64,000 nt of DNA, taken from the NCBI GenBank assembly GCA_964353175.1, contig CAYGUX010000010.1, positions 7,995 through 71,994 of the forward strand, written 5' to 3'. The position numbers and the translations under genes are program-made. Source of the stretch: an uncultured Bdellovibrionales bacterium. Lineage in GTDB: Bacteria > Bdellovibrionota_C > UBA2361 > SZUA-149 > DAOLCO01. Position 1 is the first letter of the stretch; each line of letters starts with the position of its first letter. Positions 27,270 through 35,147 of this stretch are shown piece by piece. Below the pieces are notes generated by a model. That model was not told the origin of the DNA. It saw only the letters and a list, made by a program, of their open reading frames with translations, and made no database searches.

Positions 27270-27815
27270 ATGGCTAGAACACCTTCTGTAATGATCCCAC
27301 TAGGAACAGAGATTCCTAAGTTTAACTTACCTGACACGATTAGTGGGGAATCGGCCTCTTCAGATAGCCTTTTTAAAGACAAAGGCTTACTTGTAATGTT
27401 TATCTGTAATCATTGTCCATTTGTGCTTCATATTGAGTCAGAGCTGGTTAAGTTAGGATTAGAGCTTCCTAATCAAGGTGTTGGAGTAGTAGCAATTAGC
27501 TCCAATGATGTTCTTAAGTATCCTCAAGACGGGCCTCTTGAAATGGCAAAGAAGGATTATTCATTTCCCTATTTATATGATGAGTCTCAGGACGTTGCTA
27601 AAGCTTTTGATGCTGCATGTACCCCAGACTTCTTTTTATACAATTCGGATAAAAAACTTGTATATAGAGGCCAATTAGATAGCTCACGGCCTGGAAGCGA
27701 GATTCCAGTTACGGGAGAGGATCTAAGAAGAGCAGTAAGTCTATTGGTAGCCGGTGAGAATATTGATGATAATCAAACTCCAAGCTTGGGCTGTAATATT
27801 AAGTGGAAGGAGTAA
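27270..27815 (+). CDS. Thioredoxin-fold protein (AhpC/TSA-redoxin-like)
   Basis: CxxC centre FICNHCPFV and a redoxin-like length and pattern. Confidence 0.65.
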   Translation: MARTPSVMIPLGTEIPKFNLPDTISGESASSDSLFKDKGLLVMFICNHCPFVLHIESELVKLGLELPNQGVGVVAISSNDVLKYPQDGPLEMAKKDYSFPYLYDESQDVAKAFDAACTPDFFLYNSDKKLVYRGQLDSSRPGSEIPVTGEDLRRAVSLLVAGENIDDNQTPSLGCNIKWKE

Positions 27816-27822
27816 ACGGGGA

Positions 27823-28506
27823 GTGAGTAGGGGGTTTATTTTTCTACTTTCTTTTTTTTATTTTACTTGTCATAGCATCTTGTTAGCAGACGAGCCGGAG
27901 ATTCTATCTCCTGTGGCACTGCCACATGTCGAAAGCCAGTATTTAAGATTTGATTCCCCTCAGATTGGTATCTTGAGTGGGGGAGACTTAATTAATGAGT
28001 CCGAGAAGGCTTATCTGTCTTCAGAGATTAGGATTCAGTTGTTAAAGATTTATCGAATCCTTGGTTTAAAACTGAAACCCTATAATCATCTTTTTAATAT
28101 CCGGATTTTATCAGAGTCAGAACTTGCTAGCCTTGCAAATCTCGAAGGTGCGAATGCCTTGACAATAGACGGGATAATGAATTTTACCCCTGCGAGAATG
28201 CGTAGCGACCTTATCCGGCATGAAGTGTTACATGCAATTGTATATTCGAAGGTAAAAGATCAATTACCATGGTGGATTGAGGAAGGATTGGCTCAGCTAT
28301 TGTCAGGAGAGGAAAGGTCAATTAAAAGTCAAGGGCAGGGGACTAAGGTAGAGAGAAAGTACCATCAGGCACGCATAAGAGTATCTAATCTGGTTGAAAG
28401 ATGTGGCTTTAAGGCTTTTGGAACTTATTTGAATTTAATTCAAGATGAGAACTCTCCCCAATATTCCTATAATAAGGTCTTTAATGAGTTATGTCGATCT
28501 TCATAG
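27823..28506 (+). CDS. Putative secreted zinc metalloprotease-like protein (HExxH)
   Basis: HEVLHAIV followed by WWIEEGLAQ (HExxH ... E, peptidase-MA-like). I chose the in-frame GTG at 27823, which gives a hydrophobic N-terminus and avoids the 62-nt overlap implied by the track start 27754. The start is uncertain. Confidence 0.45.
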   Translation: MSRGFIFLLSFFYFTCHSILLADEPEILSPVALPHVESQYLRFDSPQIGILSGGDLINESEKAYLSSEIRIQLLKIYRILGLKLKPYNHLFNIRILSESELASLANLEGANALTIDGIMNFTPARMRSDLIRHEVLHAIVYSKVKDQLPWWIEEGLAQLLSGEERSIKSQGQGTKVERKYHQARIRVSNLVERCGFKAFGTYLNLIQDENSPQYSYNKVFNELCRSS

Positions 28507-28519
28507 CTTTTAAAATAGA

Positions 28520-29098
28520 CTATAAATCATCATCTCTGATATCAATAAAAAATATTCCAGTAATTGCATCTAATAATTCAACTGGATCTATTCCTATCTC
28601 AAGTCCAATAAGTAGCGCTTGAAATTCTGCAGAAATTTCAGTACTAGAATTTTTCCTTGATTCCTTTTCTCTATTAGTGGAAGTATTGTTAACTCCGTCA
28701 AGTAAACTAAGTGAACCTCCAGCTACTGCTTCCGCGCCTATTGGTAGAGGAATTGTACGATCTTCCCTTGGTCCAGGTAATCCAATAAATATATCACTAT
28801 GTGCCCCTACAAAAGCACTAACAGGCCGTGTGACTTGCGCGCCTACGCTAAGACCAGGCCCAACTCTTACTTTAGCTTTGACGATATCAAGAATGTCAAA
28901 TAGTCTATTGGGAATATAGAGTAGGATTGAGTGAAAAACCGAATGGCCTTCGTCTTCTTCTAGAGAATCTTTATTTTCAGAACTGCTTAGATCATTTTTT
29001 GGGTTTAGTAGGTCTGACTCCACTACTTGGCTATGGGCGTAGTTGCAGTTAACAACATATAAAAGAGTTAGTGTAAGGAGATATGTTAGCTTTTTCAT
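28520..29098 (-). CDS. Secreted hypothetical protein
   Basis: Track ORF with signal peptide MKKLTYLLTLTLLYVVNCNYAHS. No motif recognised. Confidence 0.45.
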   Translation of the reverse strand: MKKLTYLLTLTLLYVVNCNYAHSQVVESDLLNPKNDLSSSENKDSLEEDEGHSVFHSILLYIPNRLFDILDIVKAKVRVGPGLSVGAQVTRPVSAFVGAHSDIFIGLPGPREDRTIPLPIGAEAVAGGSLSLLDGVNNTSTNREKESRKNSSTEISAEFQALLIGLEIGIDPVELLDAITGIFFIDIRDDDL

Positions 29099-29233
29099 TG
29101 AATTATAGTGGCCATGTTATTCTAATCTTCGCAAGGGGAAGTTTTTTTAAATAAGTAATTTGAAGTAAATATTTGTGGTTTTATGTTTTAATTCAGTTTA
29201 CTATTGGTCTCATAATAATTTAATTTTTCCCCT

Positions 29234-29941
29234 ATGAATACTCGAAATATCTTTATACGGTTTAATCCTTCTTATTGTCTTTTTGTTTTTATCCTATTTG
29301 CTTCATGTAAGAGTGGCGGTGTCAGCGAAAATTCTCAAGAAAAGTTTAGATTGATTAATGCCGCGCCTAAAGCTTCCGCGATTGATTTTGAGCTAGGTAA
29401 TAATGAGGTGATCATTGAAGAAATTGCCTATGGAGACTCTAGTGGTTTTATCGAAGCCCCAGAGGGAACAGATGTTGCCATTAAAATTAAATCTGACTTA
29501 AGAGTATTGCCAGTTTTGGAGAATATTTTAGATATTGCTTCTAATAGTATCACTACTTCTTTTTTCATCGGCGAAGTGAATGCTTATGAATTAGTAACTA
29601 TTACTGAAGAATTTCCTACTAATACAAATGGTAAGGTGTCTTTTAGAGTTGCTAACATGTCTCCAACTGAAGCTTCCGTCGATATTTATTTAGTCGTGAT
29701 AGGAACAGACATTGAAGATACTCAACCAATAGCTACTGAGGTTGCCTCCGGGAGTGTTGGTGATTTCGTTCAATTTGATCCTGGATTTTATGCCATCGTA
29801 TACACTCGGGCAGGAACTACTACGGTAGTTAGGGAGGTCGCAGGCTTTAATTTCGTCGCGAACCGCGGATATACCCATGTTTTGCTTGATAAGTTTCAAG
29901 GCGGTACACCTCTAACTTCCCGAATTATAACGGATTTTTAA
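29234..29941 (+). CDS. Lipoprotein with two DUF4397-like repeats
   Basis: Lipobox LFASC. The repeated pattern FRLINAAPKASAIDFELG / FRVANMSPTEASVDIYLV is typical of DUF4397. Confidence 0.5.
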   Translation: MNTRNIFIRFNPSYCLFVFILFASCKSGGVSENSQEKFRLINAAPKASAIDFELGNNEVIIEEIAYGDSSGFIEAPEGTDVAIKIKSDLRVLPVLENILDIASNSITTSFFIGEVNAYELVTITEEFPTNTNGKVSFRVANMSPTEASVDIYLVVIGTDIEDTQPIATEVASGSVGDFVQFDPGFYAIVYTRAGTTTVVREVAGFNFVANRGYTHVLLDKFQGGTPLTSRIITDF

Positions 29942-30284
29942 AAAGAATTAAATTCTCTTTCTTTTTAATAGATAATCTTAGATTTAAGTGGTATAGTGAG
30001 CAGGTTGATAGACCTTTTTGGTACCGAAGACTTGATCTAGCTTTCCTAGTCCCTAGTCTCCGCGCGAATTTAAAAAGAGTTTGATCACCTTAACTTATAA
30101 TAGAGTTAAGTTTGTGGGTAATGATTTAGAGAGTCGAGAGTAAGGAAACGCGCTGGAGATAATGTAGTCAATGGAATAGGAAAAAAGTTGTGGCTTTGTA
30201 GCCAGGGCTTACTTTGCTGTTCCCGAGATTTCATCTTGTCATAACCTTTATTAAATTAGAGAAAAGACGATATTGGAGAGAATA

Positions 30285-30674
30285 GTGAATATATACGTAG
30301 GTAACCTACCATACTCAGTGACAGATGATAAATTAGTTGAATTATTTTCAAAATTTGGAAATGTTTCAACTGCAAGAGTTGTACAAGATCAGTTCAGTGG
30401 ACGATCTAAAGGCTTTGGATTTGTCGAAATGGATTCAGCTGAAGACGGAAATAAAGCAATTGCAGAACTTAACGAAACTGAGCTTGACGGAAGATCAATA
30501 GTAGTTAACGAAGCACGCCCTAGAGAAGACAAAGGTGGAGCTGGTGGACCAAGAAGAGGTGGACCAGGTGGAAACCGTGGCGGTAACGGCGGCGGAAATG
30601 GCGGCGGATTCAGAGGTGGTAGAGATAGAGACCGTGGAGATCGCGGTGATAGAGGCGGTAGAGGTAACTACTAA
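30285..30674 (+). CDS. RRM-type RNA-binding protein with an RGG/Gly-rich tail
   Basis: RNP2 IYVGNL and RNP1 KGFGFVEM, with a C-terminal GGPRRGGPGGNRGGNGGGNGGGFRGGRDRDRGDRGDRGGRG tail. I prefer the GTG at 30285, after GGAGAG, because MNIYVGNL is the usual N-terminus. The track start is TTG at 30273. Confidence 0.85.
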   Translation: MNIYVGNLPYSVTDDKLVELFSKFGNVSTARVVQDQFSGRSKGFGFVEMDSAEDGNKAIAELNETELDGRSIVVNEARPREDKGGAGGPRRGGPGGNRGGNGGGNGGGFRGGRDRDRGDRGDRGGRGNY

Positions 30675-30703
30675 TTGTAGTTATTAGCTACTAGCTATTA
30701 GAA

Positions 30704-30730
30704 GGGGCTCTTTATTGAGCCCCTTTTTTA
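30704..30730 (+). terminator. Rho-independent terminator after the RRM gene
   Basis: GGGGCTC-TTTATT-GAGCCCC hairpin followed by TTTTTTA. Confidence 0.75.
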
Positions 30731-30868
30731 TTGTACTTAACAACAGCCCCCGCCATTATTCTCGAATTCTTAGCTATCCTAATGGATAGGAAATTAATAT
30801 TGACTGGTCAAAGTGGCTTAAAACTTGTAGATTCCATGCCATATTCACGTAAAAAGTTGGAGAGTTCA

Positions 30869-31453
30869 ATGAAAAGTTTTTTATCTAGTCTAGTTTCATG
30901 TTTAGGAGTGATCGGCGCGACTGCAAGTAGTGTGGTGGCGGGAACTCTTACAGCAACAATTCATACTAATAAAGGTGATATTGACGTTGAATTTTTTGAT
31001 GCAGAAGCTCCTGTGACTGTAGCCAACTTTTTAAATCTCGCTAAACGTGGATATTATGATGGGATAAGCTTTCATAGAGTAATTCCTAATTTTATGATTC
31101 AGGGCGGTGACCCAGATGGTATGGGTACAGGTGGCCCAGGATATAGTTTTAAGGATGAATTTACTCCAAGCTTACGTCACTCCTCTCCAGGGATATTGTC
31201 AATGGCGAACAGAGGGCCTGGAACTAATGGTTCTCAGTTTTTTATAACTCACGTAGCAACACCGCATCTTGATGGGAAGCATACTGTTTTTGGAAAAGTC
31301 TCCAAAGGTCAAAATATCGTAGATAGCATTGTTCAAGGCGATACAATCGAAAGTATTGTTATCCATGGTGACACGGCACCATTGTTTACTAAAGAAGCTA
31401 GTGAGATTGAAGGTTGGAATGCTATCTTAGACACTAAGTATCCAGCTAAGTAA
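30869..31453 (+). CDS. Periplasmic cyclophilin-type peptidyl-prolyl isomerase
   Basis: [15 protein letters not shown] ... [13 protein letters not shown] at 30869 after GGAGAG gives a signal peptide [21 protein letters not shown]. The track start at 30731 lies inside the upstream terminator. Confidence 0.85.
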   Translation: MKSFLSSLVSCLGVIGATASSVVAGTLTATIHTNKGDIDVEFFDAEAPVTVANFLNLAKRGYYDGISFHRVIPNFMIQGGDPDGMGTGGPGYSFKDEFTPSLRHSSPGILSMANRGPGTNGSQFFITHVATPHLDGKHTVFGKVSKGQNIVDSIVQGDTIESIVIHGDTAPLFTKEASEIEGWNAILDTKYPAK

Positions 31454-31459
31454 AGTTTT

Positions 31460-32464
31460 GTGCTAAACATACTTGTATCAAAAATGAGGGAGAGAGTTTC
31501 AATAGCTTTCTCCCTTTTTTTTATTGTACTAACTCCCTCCTTCCTTTTTGCGGAGGAAGGAAATATTGGGATTCTATCTGATGTGAGAATCCTTGGAGAT
31601 TTGCTGATTCCCACAATTGGGAAAAACTTCGATTTACAGCCTTTTATAACTAGGACAAGTTTTAAAGATCTTTCAAGTGTCGATTGTAGTCTAACGAATG
31701 CTCATAATAAGATTAGGAATGAATTCGAAGTAGATGGTGAATCGTATATATGTAGTTATAAGTATGAAAGTAGCCTTAGTGATCGATTAAGGCTTTCAGC
31801 TAATATCTCAGGCGTTCATACTGGTGAGGGGATTTTTGATTCCTCAATTACTGCTTGGCACGAATTTTTTGGCTTCCCTAATGGGCATCGGAATGGAAGT
31901 TCCAATAATCAGCATCAGGTTAGGGGAAGTCAAGAAGATGGAGATAATTTTAATTTAGATAAAGAGGGCATTGGGCTGATAGATCCTCAGATTTATTTAA
32001 GTTATCTTTTGGGCGGGGTAGAGTCGGATGGAGCCTTATATTTAAATGCCGGTTTAAGTATCCCTCTACAATTAAGCCAGTTTTCAACTAAAACACCTAA
32101 TTTCCTTTTAGGATTGAATTATAGTAAAAAGTTTTTAAACAGTACTTTTGGAATGGGAAGTGATCTGAGTATTCGAACTGATCTAAGTGATCTTGGGATA
32201 AATTATAATCCTATCTCAGTCGGAGCGTATGCAAGTTGGGTTTATGGCTTGAGTGATTCTTTTTCATTTGTAAGCAGTACCTTCGCACAGACTCCAGGGA
32301 TCACGGATATTGAAAGCTATCCCAAAGCTTTGTGGTATGTTGATATTGGTTTTAGGACTGACTTGTTTTTTGATACTCCTTTTGAGATTTTAATCAGAGA
32401 GAATTTATATACAGCGAGATCTACAGCAGATATTTCTTTGATCCTTAGAGTCCTTAGTTTTTAA
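31460..32464 (+). CDS. Putative outer-membrane/secreted protein of unknown function
   Basis: Track ORF with a hydrophobic leader (IAFSLFFIVLTPSFLFA). It has an alternating beta-like pattern and ends in F (LRVLSF), as many OM barrels do. The start is ambiguous (GTG 31460 or ATG 31484). Confidence 0.45.
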   Translation: MLNILVSKMRERVSIAFSLFFIVLTPSFLFAEEGNIGILSDVRILGDLLIPTIGKNFDLQPFITRTSFKDLSSVDCSLTNAHNKIRNEFEVDGESYICSYKYESSLSDRLRLSANISGVHTGEGIFDSSITAWHEFFGFPNGHRNGSSNNQHQVRGSQEDGDNFNLDKEGIGLIDPQIYLSYLLGGVESDGALYLNAGLSIPLQLSQFSTKTPNFLLGLNYSKKFLNSTFGMGSDLSIRTDLSDLGINYNPISVGAYASWVYGLSDSFSFVSSTFAQTPGITDIESYPKALWYVDIGFRTDLFFDTPFEILIRENLYTARSTADISLILRVLSF

Positions 32465-32502
32465 AGAATTTAGATAAAGCCCAAGATAGATGGAAGATTG
32501 AG

Positions 32503-32679
32503 ATGGTAGAGCAATTAACTAAATGCAGTGTATGCAAGCAAGCCTTAGTAGGGGAAGACTCTGCAAAGTATTACCCATTCTGCAGTAAGCATTGTCAGAA
32601 TAAAGATCTAGGGAATTGGGTGTTTGAAAATTATCGAGTCCCTAGTAGTGAGAGGGTTTTGGAGGAAGGGGAGGAGTAG
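32503..32679 (+). CDS. yacG: YacG-like zinc-finger DNA gyrase inhibitor (58 aa)
   Basis: Not in the track because it is under 60 aa. Translation MVEQLTKCSVCKQALVGEDSAKYYPFCSKHCQNKDLGNWVFENYRVPSSERVLEEGEE carries the C-x2-C ... PFCS-x2-C ... DLG-x-W signature of YacG. Confidence 0.7.
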   Translation: MVEQLTKCSVCKQALVGEDSAKYYPFCSKHCQNKDLGNWVFENYRVPSSERVLEEGEE

Positions 32680-32891
32680 CCCCGCCCTGTCCGTTTTCAC
32701 AAAAATTGTTTTAAGCCTGTTAAAGTTGGTTTGAAACCCATGCTCTGAGGAGGGTGCAAGTTTTTGAAAACTCTAGTAAAAGTAAATTTATGCTCAATAT
32801 TGGACAGGGGTGCTAGATTCAGGTCTTGGAATCTGAAATTCTAACTTAGGTTTAGCGATAACTAATTAGAATTAATTTTTGATTTATTCCT

Positions 32892-34430
32892 TTGGAAATA
32901 TTGGATAGAAATAGACCTCATTCAAGTGGTGAACATGGCAATGCTATATTCTATGTATTGTTTGTCCTGCCAATAGTCATGGTCTTACTGATGATCGTAG
33001 TTGATCTTAGTAATTGGCAATCCCTACGGGAAGAAGCTCGGCGTCATGCTGATAGAATTGTATTAGAAACAGCTCAGTATCTTCCATACGAAACAAATGC
33101 TAGAAAGGTTCTAGAAGCTCAAGCTAATTTCTTTAACTCTGCAAATGGATTAAATTTGCAAGTCTCCTCAACTGCCGAAGATATAGCCTCCTCAGTTGGA
33201 CCATCTAGTATTGATTTAACAATCTCGGGTAAACTGGAATCGGGCTTTGATGCATTCCTAGAAACCTTTAGTCATCAAGGAACTGTTTTTACTATTAGTG
33301 AGAAAGCTTCGGCGAGACTTTTGCCAACTGACCTAACACTCATTTTATCAGATAGTGTAAATCTTAGACCGCCTGCACCTACCTTATGGGGTAATCCAAT
33401 TGATTGGCCACGATCAGAATACTTTAATTTTGTACTTCCTCCGACAGTCTCTATAAGTCCATCCCCTGCAGCTCCCCTAGCTTGGCCTAACTGGTGGAGT
33501 ATGAATGAATATACTCCAGATAAATACATGAGATTTGCAACTGAACTTTGTTATAACCCTGTTGTAACCCCTCTTAAATTAGCCTCATTACTTGCAGTTG
33601 ATGCACTAAGCGCGGGTAAACAAAATCGTATATCGGTCTATATGACTCCCGGGGATATCCCCAGTAACGTTGTTGGTGGCTCTGGTTATACCGTATTGCA
33701 AAACCTAAAGTATGTGGATGAGACTAATGTTGCTCCAATTTGGTCCAACTACTTTGAGCCAGATATTGCACATTCCGATGAGGCTTGTTTGCTATATTCA
33801 CATGCAGATGCGGAAAATCTTAGATATCGTATCCCGGATAGTAAGACCTTAATGCCTACCAACTCTACCGCTTGTCCTCAAGTTGTTTTAAATGGGCTTT
33901 ACGCTGATCCAAGAGGGCATTACCCTAATCCTTATAGCTCATACCTATCGACCTGTTTTAAGGAGGGTGGAATGACTCTAAGAGAGGCTATTTATTATCA
34001 TGGAGTACGTCGGAATCAGCATGATGTGGGAGCAGTAAATATTTCTCGAAGCATTCTACATGCATTAACAAGCCTAGTGGAGGAAGAAAAAATTAATGCA
34101 GACAATAGTGTTAAAAAGCGAGGAGGGCTAGCTAAGAGCTCCGCTAAAATTGTAATATTAATTAGCGAAGTTCTACCATCCCTGAGTAGTAGTGAGTTTA
34201 ATGAGGTATTAAATATTATCAGGTCGGTTAGTACTATAAAGCTTTATTTAATAGGCTATAGCCCTTTAGAGTTATCGGCTTCTCTACAATTAGATTTGAG
34301 TCAGCGAGAACAGGAATTTTTAAAGTTAAATTTACCTAGACTGCTCGTTGAGCACAGCACTCCTGATGATATTCAGGAAGTAATCGGCTCCATCTTGGCT
34401 AACGAGAAGAAAGTAGTGTTATCATCATGA
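32892..34430 (+). CDS. TadG-like pseudopilin-type protein (512 aa)
   Basis: The N-terminus GEHGNAIFYVLFVLPIVMVLLMIVVDLSNW...ARRHADRIV matches the TadE/TadG N-terminal (Tad_N) pattern. The large C-domain may be a degenerate vWA fold. TTG start. Confidence 0.6.
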   Translation: MEILDRNRPHSSGEHGNAIFYVLFVLPIVMVLLMIVVDLSNWQSLREEARRHADRIVLETAQYLPYETNARKVLEAQANFFNSANGLNLQVSSTAEDIASSVGPSSIDLTISGKLESGFDAFLETFSHQGTVFTISEKASARLLPTDLTLILSDSVNLRPPAPTLWGNPIDWPRSEYFNFVLPPTVSISPSPAAPLAWPNWWSMNEYTPDKYMRFATELCYNPVVTPLKLASLLAVDALSAGKQNRISVYMTPGDIPSNVVGGSGYTVLQNLKYVDETNVAPIWSNYFEPDIAHSDEACLLYSHADAENLRYRIPDSKTLMPTNSTACPQVVLNGLYADPRGHYPNPYSSYLSTCFKEGGMTLREAIYYHGVRRNQHDVGAVNISRSILHALTSLVEEEKINADNSVKKRGGLAKSSAKIVILISEVLPSLSSSEFNEVLNIIRSVSTIKLYLIGYSPLELSASLQLDLSQREQEFLKLNLPRLLVEHSTPDDIQEVIGSILANEKKVVLSS

Positions 34431-35140
34431 TTCAATCAACCTCTAATATGGGCGAGAAAGGAGATGGTATTTTTGAGATGCTTCTATTTATGCCTCTTGC
34501 TTTATTGATACTGTTTGTCGGGGTAGATGTTGGTCTGTCACGATTAGATTATGCTTTGGTCGTAGATGCTGTGAGGGAGGGGATTCATAAACAGGACGGA
34601 ATAGATAGTAAGATCTATCGTCTGGACCATGGTTTTGTCGCGATCGATAAATTTATTGTAGCTAGTACTGCTACAAAAATAGCAGATAGGATAGCAAAAT
34701 CTGTTTCCGATAAAAGGGTCTCTCTAGGATCTAAGGATGGGAAAGATCAGATTAAAGTAAAAGTTATCCCACTTGTATTGGATGTTGATTCAAATTCTGG
34801 TGAGGTTGTAGGTTATCAGAGAGAGCAGGAAGTTGTAAGTGGTTTTGGAAATCCTAGTCTTAATTATAAAGGCTCCTCAGGTAATGAAACTATCGAGATA
34901 GAAAATCAGTTTATCTATAGCCAGATTAAAGAGTCTGATAGTCGGAGTGGATTTGCTATCTTAAGGCCTTCATTTAGTGCTCTAGATTATCAAAATAATG
35001 ATTCCTACCTAGCTTCACAAGTAGCATTTATGGTCTCAGTTGATGTCATTTCACCTTCTATTAATCCGATATGGTTAAACGCAACTTTAGGAAGTGACTT
35101 AGGTTATAAAATTATGGAACTACAAATAATTAGGAATTAA
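34427..35140 (+). CDS. TadE-like protein (237 aa)
   Basis: GDGIFEMLLFMPLALLILFVGVDVGLS is a TadE-like N-terminal segment. ATGA overlap with the preceding gene. Confidence 0.6.
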   Translation: MIQSTSNMGEKGDGIFEMLLFMPLALLILFVGVDVGLSRLDYALVVDAVREGIHKQDGIDSKIYRLDHGFVAIDKFIVASTATKIADRIAKSVSDKRVSLGSKDGKDQIKVKVIPLVLDVDSNSGEVVGYQREQEVVSGFGNPSLNYKGSSGNETIEIENQFIYSQIKESDSRSGFAILRPSFSALDYQNNDSYLASQVAFMVSVDVISPSINPIWLNATLGSDLGYKIMELQIIRN

Positions 35141-35147
35141 TTACACC

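Noticed and set aside
30731-30868. The upstream part of the track ORF for the cyclophilin (start 30731).
   Set aside because: It begins inside the upstream terminator and adds a non-signal hydrophobic extension. The ATG at 30869 has an RBS and yields a normal signal peptide.
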